The notes under the pieces were generated by a model, which worked only from the letters and a program-made list of their open reading frames with translations, was not told the origin of the DNA and ran no database searches. This document shows positions 17,600 to 27,621 of a DNA stretch of 51,528 bases, piece after piece. Positions within the stretch are counted from its first letter, which is position 1. Each line of letters begins with the position of its first letter. Source of the stretch: a virus (Duplodnaviria > Caudoviricetes); IMG/VR virus record IMGVR_UViG_3300023181_000010, positions 1-51,528 of that record; one strand, 5' to 3'. The position numbers and the translations under genes were made by a program.

Positions 17600-18345
17600 T
17601 GGCCGGCCGCGCGCGCACTGGCGCAAACACGGCGTCGGCCGCCGCCACCGAGGTTGTGTCGACAGTGGCCCCGGTTGATCCGGTGGCCGCTGTCGACCCG
17701 GTCGAGGCCGTCACGGTCCCGGCACCGTCCGCGGTGGCCCCGACAGCCACCATGGTCGGTGCCGCCGAGACGGTCCCGGACACGGGCGTCCTGGCCGCCC
17801 TCATCGCATCCGGTCACCTGTCCGGCCCCGTCGAGGACGTCAACGCCGCCCCGGCGTTCGTCCCGCCGGTGCCCGGCCCGGTGGAGGTCCCCGGTCTCGG
17901 TTCCATCGACGTCGGTGGGCTGAACGTTGCCGGTATGCCACCGCGGGAACGCCCGGACACCCTGCCGAACCTGGCCGAGGTGCCCGGACAATTCGTCGAC
18001 GTCGAGTCGGCCCGGGCAGTCGCCGAGGCCGAGCGGATCGACGCGCTCGGTGCGCTGATGCAGACCGTCCCGGGTGATCCGACACCGGCCGGGTTCACCA
18101 CCCCCGGCCCGGTGTTCATCCAGACGACCCCGACGGGTCGGTTCCGGGATCTCGCCCCGGGTGAGCCGGTCTACATGGTGACCTGTTCGCAGTACCTCGC
18201 CCCGTCCGGCGCAGGATGGGTCAACAACGGCCGCGGTGACTGTGTGTCTATCAAGATGTCCGACCAGGTCACCAACGGGCTCCGGGACGGCTACCTGGCC
18301 GGCCCGATTCCCCGGGACGACGACACCCCGGCCGACGGGGAGTAG
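17599..18345 (+). CDS. Pro/Ala/Val-rich head-associated hypothetical protein
   Basis: TGATG coupling to capsid gene. Confidence 0.65.
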   Translation: MAGRARTGANTASAAATEVVSTVAPVDPVAAVDPVEAVTVPAPSAVAPTATMVGAAETVPDTGVLAALIASGHLSGPVEDVNAAPAFVPPVPGPVEVPGLGSIDVGGLNVAGMPPRERPDTLPNLAEVPGQFVDVESARAVAEAERIDALGALMQTVPGDPTPAGFTTPGPVFIQTTPTGRFRDLAPGEPVYMVTCSQYLAPSGAGWVNNGRGDCVSIKMSDQVTNGLRDGYLAGPIPRDDDTPADGE

Positions 18346-18356
18346 GACCGCACCCC

Positions 18357-18878
18357 GTGACCTACCCAGGCGCACCGCAGCCGGTAGCACCGACGCCCGA
18401 CACGGCGTCGGCGCTACCGGCTGATGGTGTCGGTGTGTACGGCGTGTCGATCGCCGACATCGGCGCGCTCGTGAAGTCGACCGTCATCGTCCCCGAGACG
18501 TCCGCGCTCCGGCAGGACAAGTCCGCCACTTACGAGCAGGTCATCGCGTGGATCGAGCAGCTATCCGCCGGGACGTTCACGGCGATTCCGAACATCGGCC
18601 GTGTCCCGGCAGGTGATGCTCTGGACACCCTGAACGCCGGGGTGAAGTACGCCGTCGCGTGCGGTGTCGCCTCAACCCTGGTCGCCGCGCTGTTCCCCGA
18701 GATCGCCAAGCCGTCCGACCAGCAGTCCTACGCCGCGATCCTGTGGAAGCGGTACACCGACGGTGTGGCGAACGCGAACACGGCGATCGCCACGATCATC
18801 CGCGGTGGGCCCGGTAACGGTGGGGCCGCCGCGTGGTGTTTCCCGCCGCCGATGTCCCGTGACCGCCGGGCGTTCTGA
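18357..18878 (+). CDS. Putative head-tail adaptor
   Basis: Position, size, helical character. Confidence 0.6.
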   Translation: MTYPGAPQPVAPTPDTASALPADGVGVYGVSIADIGALVKSTVIVPETSALRQDKSATYEQVIAWIEQLSAGTFTAIPNIGRVPAGDALDTLNAGVKYAVACGVASTLVAALFPEIAKPSDQQSYAAILWKRYTDGVANANTAIATIIRGGPGNGGAAAWCFPPPMSRDRRAF

Positions 18879-19324
18879 TGCGGTTCCAGTTCACCGTCGA
18901 CGGTGAAGCGCTGGTCGACCGGACGTTGCTCCGGTGGTCGGACCGTGTGCACAACGCCCGCCCGGCGTTCGAGGCGATCGCCGACCAGTTCGCCACCGCC
19001 GAAATGGCGCATTTCGCATCCAACGGGTCGGGGAAATGGGCCGCGCTGTCCCCCCGGTACGCCGCGTACAAGGCCGCACGGTTCCCCGGCCGCCCGACCC
19101 TGGTCCGCGCCGGTGATCTGCGGAACACCCTGACGCGCCGCCCGCTCGGTGTCGAGCGGATCGCCGACAACTCGCTGGAGGTCGGCACCAACGACCCGAA
19201 GGCACTGTTCCACCAGAAGGGCACCCCGAAGATGCCGGCCCGCCCGGTGATCAAACTCAACGACCGGACCAAGAAACAGATGGCGAAAACACTCCAGCGG
19301 TATCTCGCGACCGGTGCGATCTGA
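18878..19324 (+). CDS. Virion morphogenesis / tail completion protein (Mu gpG-like)
   Basis: W..LSP.Y, L...G.LR..L, VGTN.P.A..HQ.GT..MPARP. Confidence 0.85.
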   Translation: MRFQFTVDGEALVDRTLLRWSDRVHNARPAFEAIADQFATAEMAHFASNGSGKWAALSPRYAAYKAARFPGRPTLVRAGDLRNTLTRRPLGVERIADNSLEVGTNDPKALFHQKGTPKMPARPVIKLNDRTKKQMAKTLQRYLATGAI

Positions 19325-19956
19325 TGCTCGGTGCCGACGGAGTGGCGAACCTTGTCATCGGACGTTTGCGGGACCGGATGCCGGGCCGTGTCGCGCTGAT
19401 CCGTGACCGGTACGGCATCGACGTCAACGCCCTGCCCGACATCGAGCTGTTCAAGGCGTACGAACCGACGTCGATGTCGGTGGAGAAGTGGCCGGCGGTC
19501 TACGTCGAGATCGACGACACCGCCGGCAAGACCGGTGCTCAGCGTGAATCCATGCAGGGTGCATACGACGTCTATTCGTTCCGGTACCGGGTGAGGGTCT
19601 ACGTCATGGCCCGAACCCTGACGGGGCACCTCGAGGGGAACGAGGTCGAACCGATGATCCGCCGGTACATCGCCGCCGCCCAGGAGGCCGTCATCCCCGG
19701 CCTGATCCTGGTCGCCGACGACGTGCACGGGCAGCACGCAACGACCGACCCGAACACCCTGAAACAGGTCTACGGGGCCCCGCAGTTCGGGCAGGACGTC
19801 GCCGAGATCATCGGATCCGCCCGGCTCGAGTTCGAGGTGAAAACGACCGAAGAGATCGAGGCCGTTCCGGGGCCGCTCGCACCACCGCCGGACGGTGAAC
19901 CGGCCGCGGTGCTCGAGGGGATCTACCTGTTCGGCCCCGGCGAAGTGATCGTCTAG
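19324..19956 (+). CDS. Putative tail terminator
   Basis: Position before sheath; WPAVYV beta-rich pattern. Confidence 0.55.
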   Translation: MLGADGVANLVIGRLRDRMPGRVALIRDRYGIDVNALPDIELFKAYEPTSMSVEKWPAVYVEIDDTAGKTGAQRESMQGAYDVYSFRYRVRVYVMARTLTGHLEGNEVEPMIRRYIAAAQEAVIPGLILVADDVHGQHATTDPNTLKQVYGAPQFGQDVAEIIGSARLEFEVKTTEEIEAVPGPLAPPPDGEPAAVLEGIYLFGPGEVIV

Positions 19957-19962
19957 CAGCGC

Positions 19963-20007
19963 GACACGGCAACCGTCCCACCACCAACCACCCCCGACCG
20001 TGAAGGT
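19963..20007 (+). promoter_or_regulatory. Putative late promoter, copy 5 (leaderless, sheath operon)
   Basis: GACACGGCAACCGTCCCACCA-N18-GAAGGT-N7-ATG(20015). Confidence 0.75.
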
Positions 20008-20014
20008 AACCACC

Positions 20015-20344
20015 ATGACCCCTTACGCCGTACTGAACACCACCGCGCACTCGGTCGTCTACGACGACGAAGGGCACACCGTCGACGCGAACGCCCGCGT
20101 CGTCACCGTCCTCGACGAAACGGTGATGAAGCTCGTCGACCAGGGTGTGTTGCTCATCGTCGAGGAATCGCCGACCGAGCTGGTCCCCGCCGGGCTGATC
20201 CCAGACGAGCCGCTCGGCGGCAGCACCATCGACGTCGGCCCGGACGTGACCGTCGGCGACCCGATCCCCGGCCGCAAGGGCCGTCGCACCACCACCACCG
20301 ATAGCCCGGCCGAGGCCGGCACCAATGGAGAGGACCCGGCCTGA
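20015..20344 (+). CDS. Small pre-sheath hypothetical protein
   Basis: Coupled to sheath (TGATG). Confidence 0.65.
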   Translation: MTPYAVLNTTAHSVVYDDEGHTVDANARVVTVLDETVMKLVDQGVLLIVEESPTELVPAGLIPDEPLGGSTIDVGPDVTVGDPIPGRKGRRTTTTDSPAEAGTNGEDPA

Positions 20345-21831
20345 TGGCTACAGGAGTCGTCGTTACCACATCGGTCCGAACCGGACCGTCGAACCCGCCC
20401 GGACCTGACTCCGGCCGCGGGTTCCTGGTCGGGCTCGCCGAGCGTGGCCCGTCCAACGTTGCGGCCCGCGTCGCGTCGATCACCCAGTTCGAGGACATTT
20501 TCGGTGTCCGGAACAGCTACTCCGGCAGCTTGTACGACGCCGCCCGGCTGTTCTTCGAGGAAGGCGGATCGACGCTGTTCGTCGGTCGTGTCGTCGGCCC
20601 GGCCGCGGCCGCCGGCCTGTTGGTGCTCAAGGATCGCACCGGCGGCACGCCGCTCGACACGGCGCGGATCGTGGCCCTGTCGGCCGGTGCCTGGTCCGCG
20701 ACGATCAAGATCGCTGTCGTCGCCGGGACCGTCGCCGGAACCGTCCGCGTCGATGTCTACGTGAACGATGTCGCCACCGAGCGGTGGGACAACATCGCCG
20801 ACATCCCGACGCTCGTCGCCCGGCTGTTGAATTCGGCGCACGTCCGCGGTGTCGATCTCGGTGCCGCATCGACCTACCCGACTCGCCTGCCGGCGTTGCT
20901 GGCCCCGACGGTGCTGTCCACCGGCACCGACGACCGCGGCGCGGTCACCACGTCGCACGTCCTGGCCGCCGCGAACGCACTGTTCCCGGACACGCTCGGT
21001 GCCGGTGCTGTGGCCGCCCCGGGTTACCCGGCGTCGACGATCGGTGCCGGTCTCATCGCTCACGCGAAGGCCACCGGCCGGATGGCGATCCTCGCCGGCG
21101 GTTCCGCCGACGACGCCGCGACCGTGAAGTCCACGGCCGCGACCCTGGCGGCCGCCCCGGACGGCGATTACGGGATGATCTTTTTCCCGTGGGTCCGGTT
21201 CCCCGACGGGTCCGGTGTCCGTTCGGCGTCGCCCGAAGGTGCCGTGATGGGCAAGCGGGCGAAGGCCCACGACCTGGTGGGTTTCTGGCAGCCCGCCGCC
21301 GGCGGGTTCGGCGAATTCACGTTCGTCACCGCGACCGAGGTCGCCGGGAATGCCGTGTCCCTGTCGACCGCCGACATCGACAGCCTCAGTGACGGCAAGG
21401 TCAACGGGATCGTCACGATCGGGACCGCCCTCAAGATCTACGGGTGGTCGTCCCTGTCGGCCGTCGAGGGATACGAACTCGGCACCGCCCGGGACATCCT
21501 CAACGTCCTCACGGCGCTCGCGAAGGACATCCTCGAGCCGTACGTGTGGACCGTCATCGACGGCCGCGGGCAGATGATCAGCAACATCGCCGGGGAAATG
21601 GGTGGCATGTTGCAGCCGCTCGCCGACCGCGACGCGTTCTACCCGAACATCGACCCGGACACCGGCGACGTCATCGACCCCGGGTACTCGGTGACCGTCA
21701 ATTCGGCGAACAACCCGACGAGTGTGGCCGCGAACAACCGCGTCGTGACCCGAATCGCCGTGCGGACCTCCCCTTACGCGAAGCTCATCGAGGTCGCGAT
21801 CGTCAAGGCCGGCCTGAACAGCTCGGTCTAG
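20344..21831 (+). CDS. Contractile tail sheath protein
   Basis: GLAERGP, F...FG, FFEEGG..L.V.RV, PWV, PAAG..G motifs. Confidence 0.92.
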   Translation: MATGVVVTTSVRTGPSNPPGPDSGRGFLVGLAERGPSNVAARVASITQFEDIFGVRNSYSGSLYDAARLFFEEGGSTLFVGRVVGPAAAAGLLVLKDRTGGTPLDTARIVALSAGAWSATIKIAVVAGTVAGTVRVDVYVNDVATERWDNIADIPTLVARLLNSAHVRGVDLGAASTYPTRLPALLAPTVLSTGTDDRGAVTTSHVLAAANALFPDTLGAGAVAAPGYPASTIGAGLIAHAKATGRMAILAGGSADDAATVKSTAATLAAAPDGDYGMIFFPWVRFPDGSGVRSASPEGAVMGKRAKAHDLVGFWQPAAGGFGEFTFVTATEVAGNAVSLSTADIDSLSDGKVNGIVTIGTALKIYGWSSLSAVEGYELGTARDILNVLTALAKDILEPYVWTVIDGRGQMISNIAGEMGGMLQPLADRDAFYPNIDPDTGDVIDPGYSVTVNSANNPTSVAANNRVVTRIAVRTSPYAKLIEVAIVKAGLNSSV

Positions 21832-21874
21832 TCCGCCATTCCGGCAACCCCTCACAGAACAGGAGCACGACCTA

Positions 21875-22297
21875 ATGGCAGGACTCGGCACCACCACCGC
21901 GAAGCGCGACTTCATCGTCAAGATCTCCGGTGTCGCACACGCATTCGCGACGTTCACCGGCGGCAACAAGACCCGAACCGTCACCGAGGCATGGAACGGC
22001 GGTGCGAAGAACCCCGATCTCATCCCCGGCCCGGCCATGAACGAAGAGATCACCTGCTCCGCGCCGTACAACCCGAAGCGCGACGAACCGATCATCGCCC
22101 GGTTCCGTCGGGAGATCCAGCAGGGCAAGACCTACACCGTCACCAAGACCCCGGTCGACGCCGACGGTGTCGTTGCCGCCAAGGGCCGGGTGTTCTCCGG
22201 GTGTGTCCTGGTGTCCATCACCGAACCGGATTCCGACGCCGGTTCGTCCGACGCCGCCCGCTACGAGCTGAAGTTTCGGCCGCAGGCGGACAGCTAG
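21875..22297 (+). CDS. Tail tube protein
   Basis: After sheath; AGGAG RBS; F.GC.L..I..PD.DA.SS..A...L. Confidence 0.85.
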   Translation: MAGLGTTTAKRDFIVKISGVAHAFATFTGGNKTRTVTEAWNGGAKNPDLIPGPAMNEEITCSAPYNPKRDEPIIARFRREIQQGKTYTVTKTPVDADGVVAAKGRVFSGCVLVSITEPDSDAGSSDAARYELKFRPQADS

Positions 22298-22300
22298 TCG

Positions 22301-22349
22301 ACCCGGCGATGAGGGGCACGGGTCGTGTCCCCTACCCTCATCGCCGGGT
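22301..22349 (+). promoter_or_regulatory. 15-bp-stem hairpin after the tube gene (terminator or attenuator)
   Basis: ACCCGGCGATGAGGG / CCCTCATCGCCGGGT; loop complementary to 22434-22448. Confidence 0.65.
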
Positions 22350-22449
22350 TACCCCGTAGTACCAGCACGACACCCGTGGACACGACACGGGCAGCAGCAC
22401 CGGCCCACCACCCGGCGGGCCGCCACCACCTCGAGGGAGACACGACCCA

Positions 22450-23028
22450 ATGAGTGCACCACTCAGCGACTACGACGACATCGACCCGTCCGACCCGTAC
22501 GGGGAAAAGACCGCGGCCGTCCAGGCCGACACCGACGGCGCGTACACCCCGGAAGGCCCGTTCGGGGCCGTCCTGTCCGACCTGTCCATCCTCACCGCCG
22601 ACGCCGAGACCGATATCAGTCGGGTGTCGGTGTTCACCCTCGACAAGGTCAACGGCCGTGAGGGTTACTCACTCCGCGTCCAGGTCGGGTCGCTCGGTTC
22701 CAACGACGTCGAGAAGTGGCGGAAGATCGCCGCCAACGGGCAGCGTGGCGGCAAGCCGAACCCGTCCCACTGGTACGCGCTGATCCTCGCGAACCAGACG
22801 GAACAGATCCTCAAGGACGGCAAGCCGTTCGCTGATGCGGACGGCAACCCGTTCACGTTCCGGGATGAGGAATTGCAGGCCGCGCTCGGTGCGCAGACCG
22901 CGGCCGCCGCAGTTCGGAAGCTGATCGGCGCGGATCCGGTGCTCATCGCGATCGGGTCCGGTGTCCTGACCGAGGCCGGATTCGGGGAGGACGCCGAAGC
23001 GGTGGACCCCGAGGTGCCGGGAGAGTAA
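22450..23028 (+). CDS. Tail assembly chaperone
   Basis: Between tube and tape measure; AGGGAG RBS; ends ...VDPEVPGE. Confidence 0.75.
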   Translation: MSAPLSDYDDIDPSDPYGEKTAAVQADTDGAYTPEGPFGAVLSDLSILTADAETDISRVSVFTLDKVNGREGYSLRVQVGSLGSNDVEKWRKIAANGQRGGKPNPSHWYALILANQTEQILKDGKPFADADGNPFTFRDEELQAALGAQTAAAAVRKLIGADPVLIAIGSGVLTEAGFGEDAEAVDPEVPGE

Positions 23029-23213
23029 CGGCGTTTACGCAACACGTGGCCGTGATCAATGCGGCCCGTGTTGCGTACACGTTCAAGCTCGACCCGGTGA
23101 TGATTCTCCGGGAGACGGACCCGATCGCTCAGGCTGTCCGTCTCGCCGCGCACGTCGTCATTCAGCAGGACAAACAGCAGGCCGCCGACGCGATGCGCTC
23201 CGGTTCCAGATAG
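23025..23213 (+). CDS. Second tail chaperone ORF in the -1 frame (possible frameshift extension)
   Basis: Open -1 frame VTAFTQHVAVINAARVAYTFKLDPVMIL...SGSR fills the gap to the tape measure. Confidence 0.55.
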   Translation, partial: VTAFTQHVAVINAARVAYTFKLDPVMILRETDPIAQAVRLAAHVVIQQDKQQAADAMRSGSR

Positions 23214-23231
23214 CACCAGGAGGGGCAGACA

Positions 23232-26200
23232 GTGTCCAACGAATCATCGGAAACTCTGTCCCTCCGGGTGCTGTTGGACGACCTGGCATCCGCCGGGTTG
23301 AACCGGCTCCGCACTGAATTCTCCGGTGTCACCACGTCGATCCGGGCCGCCGGCACGGCCGCCGGGACACTCACGACCCAGATGACCGCCGCCACCGCGG
23401 CCGCCCGGAATTCGGCCACACAGACCCAGCGTCTCGCCAACGCCGCTACCGCCGCGACGACGGCCACCAGGGCCCAGGTAGCCGAGACCAGGGCCGCTAC
23501 GGCCGCCACGCAGCGGCACGGCGGGGCAATGCAGGCCAACGCCGCCGCGTTCCGGAACAACACCACCGGCGTCCGGTTGCACACAACGACGATGCGTGAG
23601 GGGAACGCCGCCGCGCAGCGGTTCACCACGGCGATGCAGCTCGCCACGATGGGTGTCCGCGCTCACGGCCGGATGTCCCGGGAAGCATCCGGACACGTCC
23701 GTGCACTCGGCACCGCATCCGAGCGGGCCGCAGTGCAGGTCCGGAACCTCGCCGTCGCAGCCAAGGCCGCCGCCCGAGACCTCGAGCTCATGGGCAGGGC
23801 CGCCGCACGGATGGCGGCCCAGCAGACCGCCGCCGCCGCCGACGTCACCGCGGCAATGACCCGGATGGCGGCCGCGACGAACATGGCCGCGGCCGCGCAG
23901 GAACGGCAGATCGCTAGTCTCCGGCGCGGTTCGTCGTCCGCCGGGGCCGCTGGCCGGACCGTCGCCGACGCCTACGGCAACGGGCTCGTGTCAGGTATGC
24001 GCGCCCAGGCCGGGAAACTCCAAACCGTCGTGTCAAAGGTGCTGTCGCCGTTGACGAAAAACGCCGGGCTGTTGGGTCTGGCCGGTCTGGCCGGTGGCGG
24101 AATGCTGGCCGCAGCCGGCGTGAACCGGCTCAGCACCATCGAAGATGCGAACATGGCGTTCAAGACCCAGCTGGGCACGAAGGCCATGGCCCGGGAATTC
24201 TCGACCGAGCTGTTGTCGTTCGCCCGAACGACGCCGTTCCCGTTCCAGGACATCGCCGGGCAGGCCCGGAACCTGATGGCGTTCGGGCTCGAGCGGGACA
24301 AGGTGATCCCGACCCTGACCGCGGCCGGTAACTCAGCGGCCGCCGGCGGGTCCGGGACGATGGGCATGAACAACGTCGCCGTCGCACTCGGCAAGATCCT
24401 GTCCCAGGGGCAGATCTACGCGGACGATATCAACAGTCTCGCCGTCAACGGTGTGTCAGCTCGAGCGATCCTCGCCAATCACTACGACGTCGACGGCCCC
24501 GGTCTGCGGAAGATGATGATGAAGGGGCAGATCGGCGGGTCTGAGGCCGTCGACGTCCTGGTCGACGGCATCCAGAACGGCAACGACGGCCGGATGGGGA
24601 AGGTCACCGGCGTCGATGGCCTGATGAAAGATATGAAGGGCACGTGGTCCGGCACGCTCTCCGATTTCAAGGCATCGGTCACCGGCGGGATGGCCGGCGT
24701 GATGAAGGATGCGATGCCGCATCTACAGGCCGGAATCAAGAAATTCGGCGAAGGTTTCTCCGCGCTCCCCCGGATCGTGAACCGGGTCGTCGACTACGCG
24801 AAGGCCCCGCTGGAAGGACTGACCGGGATCATCGGTGGAATCGCCGCACCGCTCAAAAGCATGTTCGACGTGTTCCGTGGGTCGTCCGCCCCGGTGCAGG
24901 CCGCAGTGATCGGGCTCGCCGCGTTCGCGCTCGTCGGTGTCCGGGTGGCGAAGGCGTTGCAGATGATGTCGGCGCGCGGCCGGCAGAATTGGGCGTTCGC
25001 GTCATACGGTGTCGGGCCGCTCGCGAACCTACGGGCCGCGATGACAACGACAGCAGCGCGGGCCCGGATGTTCGGACAGTCGTTCACCTCATCGGGTATC
25101 GCCTACACGCGGGCCCTGGCCGCGATGGGTGGCATCGCGTCCGGAACGTACCTGACCAGGTCGCAGGCCATTTTTGCCGGCGTCCAGCGGTCGTTCACCG
25201 GTCTAGTCGGTTCGGTGGCATCCGGTGCGCGCCGTATGGGTGCGTCGCTGATGGGTGCTCTCGGTGGCGGTTGGGGAATCGCGATCATGGCGGGCATCAC
25301 CGCCCTGACGATGTGGATCGGCGCGCAGGGCCGGGCCGCCGAGGCCGAGCGGATGCACCAGGAGTCGTTGCGGTCCCTGGCCGACACGATGAACTCGTTC
25401 ACCGGTGCAACGACCGAGGCCACGGTCGCGAAGGTCGCGAAGGACTGGGAGGACCAGGGGCTCAACGATCAGGCGGTCGCGCTCGGTCTGGACCCGTACA
25501 AACTGCAATCCGGGATCCTCAACGGCGGCATCGCCGGGACGGCCGCGACCGATTCGATCAACCAGATGATCGCCGGGAAGCTCGAGGAAACCCACTCGTG
25601 GAAAACGTACGGGGATACCGCGAAGGCCGCCGGGATCACCGCCGCCGACGTCCTGTACGCGACACAGACCGACCAGGCGTTCCTACTGAACCGGATGCGG
25701 TCGGGTATCGAGGATCGGTTCCCGGGGCTCAGCGGTGCCTACAAGAACGACGCCGTCGACCGGGTGATGGCCGGGTTCCGGGATGACGCGATCGCCGCGT
25801 CGACGGACTACCAGCCGTGGCTGGACCGGATGAAGTCCGACACGCTCCACAAGGTCGAGGCGCAGTCCAAGAGGATCAACGAGACCCGCGGCATCATCCA
25901 GACCGCGATGGACGCCGCGAAGATCGAGTCCCCGAACCTGCGGGACCTGTTGACCGACCCGAAGAACCAATCGCTGTCGATCAACGAGATCATGGGCAAG
26001 GCCACCCTCACCGGCGATTCGGACGGTTTCTGGGGGCAGGACCCGGTAGCCCGACTCGAGAAGGAAATTCAACTCACCAACGCGTTGACCGACGTCACCT
26101 ACAAGTCCGAGGCCGGCGCGTTCTACCTGTCGAAGGAGGCCGCGGCCGCCGCAGATGCCGCGATCGGTGGCAAGAAAAAGTCGATCGAGCTCACCGACGA

Positions 26201-27620
26201 ACAGATCGAGGCTCAGAAAGAATTCATGGACAAACTGCGGGAGACGAAAGAGGAACAGAAGGACTGGCGCTACGGGCTCGACGAGGATGCCCAGAAGCTC
26301 GCCACGACCCGACTGACGGCCCTTGCCCAATCGCCCTACGTGAAGATGTACGCCGACATCGCCGACAGTATGCAGTCCGCGATCGACCGGGCCGACATCT
26401 TCCGGCAGGCGATGGACCAGGCACTCGGCATCGACCGTTCATCCGAAGATCTGGCCGTCGACTATGCCGCCGGCAAGGTCGCCCTGGCCGAGGTGTTCAA
26501 GGGTGCTACGGAGAAAACCGGCGGCAACGTCGAGTCGGTGATGGGGAAGGAAGGAGATCTCGCGATCGACGCCGAAGGTGATGCCGGCGTGGCCGCCCGG
26601 GACATCTACGCGGGTCTCGCCAATTTCCGGAAGCTCACCGATGCGAAGATCCTCGACGCGTTCGACCAGGCCGGTGGGCTCGCAAATTACGACGTCGCAC
26701 TGAAAGCCATGCAGACGGCGCAGCAGCAGGGCGCAGCCGATTTCATGGCGGCCGCCGCGACCCAGGGCATCGACCCCGGGTACGCGAACGCGCTACAGAA
26801 CCGGGACTACGACCGGGACGGTGGTGTGGACCGGCACCTGGTCAACATCCTCCCCGAGGCCGATGTGGCCGCGTTCATTCAGCGGATCGAGGCCGCCGGG
26901 GAGAACGCCGCGCTCAGTGGGATGACCGAGATCGAGGGGCAGGCCCAGGAGTTCGTCGCGTGGATGACTGAACAGAATCTCGCCCCGGATGTGGACCTGA
27001 ACACCCTGCCCGCCCTGGCAGCGAATGAGGGGCTCCGGAAGGCCGTCGCCGCCGAGATCCACACGAAGATGCAGCTCGAGGCAATCGCGTGGATCAAGCT
27101 CAACGTGGCCGGTGCGACCAGGCCGGTCGACGGTGGTTACAACGACCTGCCGATGGGTCAGACCCCGCCGAAGAAACGAGCGAACGGCGGGTTCGAGAAG
27201 CACGACGCCGCCTACGCGGACGGTGGCGTCCGGCAGGCGACGATCGCCCGCGGTGGCAGCAACATCCTGTGGGCCGAGAATGAGACCGAGGACGAGCTTT
27301 ACGTGCCGTTCGCGATGTCGAAGCGGGCCCGGGCCGAGCACTGGATGCGCGTCGGTGCCGCCCGGATGGGTGGCCGGTTCACCGCCGCCGGGGAGAACAC
27401 CCGGCCGATGGCATCCGGTGGGCTCATGGCCGCCCCGGCCTACTCGCCGACCCCGTCGGGTGGCGGTGGCGGGTCGGTGGCCGTGACGATCGCACCGGGT
27501 GCGATCAGCGTCGTCGCCGGGCCGGGGATGTCCACCCAGGCTGTCGCCGCCGAGGTGATGTCCGCTCTCCGCGACCAGGTGGAAGAGATCTTCCGGGAGA
27601 ACGACGCAAGGAGTTTCTGA
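23232..27620 (+). CDS. Tape measure protein
   Basis: 1462 aa Ala-rich; FARTTPF tape-measure domain; C-terminal ANGG/ADGG..AE...E..VP motifs; AGGAGG RBS. Confidence 0.93.
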   Translation: MSNESSETLSLRVLLDDLASAGLNRLRTEFSGVTTSIRAAGTAAGTLTTQMTAATAAARNSATQTQRLANAATAATTATRAQVAETRAATAATQRHGGAMQANAAAFRNNTTGVRLHTTTMREGNAAAQRFTTAMQLATMGVRAHGRMSREASGHVRALGTASERAAVQVRNLAVAAKAAARDLELMGRAAARMAAQQTAAAADVTAAMTRMAAATNMAAAAQERQIASLRRGSSSAGAAGRTVADAYGNGLVSGMRAQAGKLQTVVSKVLSPLTKNAGLLGLAGLAGGGMLAAAGVNRLSTIEDANMAFKTQLGTKAMAREFSTELLSFARTTPFPFQDIAGQARNLMAFGLERDKVIPTLTAAGNSAAAGGSGTMGMNNVAVALGKILSQGQIYADDINSLAVNGVSARAILANHYDVDGPGLRKMMMKGQIGGSEAVDVLVDGIQNGNDGRMGKVTGVDGLMKDMKGTWSGTLSDFKASVTGGMAGVMKDAMPHLQAGIKKFGEGFSALPRIVNRVVDYAKAPLEGLTGIIGGIAAPLKSMFDVFRGSSAPVQAAVIGLAAFALVGVRVAKALQMMSARGRQNWAFASYGVGPLANLRAAMTTTAARARMFGQSFTSSGIAYTRALAAMGGIASGTYLTRSQAIFAGVQRSFTGLVGSVASGARRMGASLMGALGGGWGIAIMAGITALTMWIGAQGRAAEAERMHQESLRSLADTMNSFTGATTEATVAKVAKDWEDQGLNDQAVALGLDPYKLQSGILNGGIAGTAATDSINQMIAGKLEETHSWKTYGDTAKAAGITAADVLYATQTDQAFLLNRMRSGIEDRFPGLSGAYKNDAVDRVMAGFRDDAIAASTDYQPWLDRMKSDTLHKVEAQSKRINETRGIIQTAMDAAKIESPNLRDLLTDPKNQSLSINEIMGKATLTGDSDGFWGQDPVARLEKEIQLTNALTDVTYKSEAGAFYLSKEAAAAADAAIGGKKKSIELTDEQIEAQKEFMDKLRETKEEQKDWRYGLDEDAQKLATTRLTALAQSPYVKMYADIADSMQSAIDRADIFRQAMDQALGIDRSSEDLAVDYAAGKVALAEVFKGATEKTGGNVESVMGKEGDLAIDAEGDAGVAARDIYAGLANFRKLTDAKILDAFDQAGGLANYDVALKAMQTAQQQGAADFMAAAATQGIDPGYANALQNRDYDRDGGVDRHLVNILPEADVAAFIQRIEAAGENAALSGMTEIEGQAQEFVAWMTEQNLAPDVDLNTLPALAANEGLRKAVAAEIHTKMQLEAIAWIKLNVAGATRPVDGGYNDLPMGQTPPKKRANGGFEKHDAAYADGGVRQATIARGGSNILWAENETEDELYVPFAMSKRARAEHWMRVGAARMGGRFTAAGENTRPMASGGLMAAPAYSPTPSGGGGGSVAVTIAPGAISVVAGPGMSTQAVAAEVMSALRDQVEEIFRENDARSF

Positions 27621-27621
27621 C

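Noticed and set aside
16489-18345. 618-aa ORF overlapping the capsid gene
   Set aside because: The N-terminal part is an Arg-rich off-frame read; the real gene starts at the coupled ATG 17599
4390-22128. Long minus-strand ORFs (e.g. 4390-6282, 13108-14619, 20059-22128)
   Set aside because: Antisense shadows of well-supported + strand genes in GC-rich DNA; no motifs or RBS
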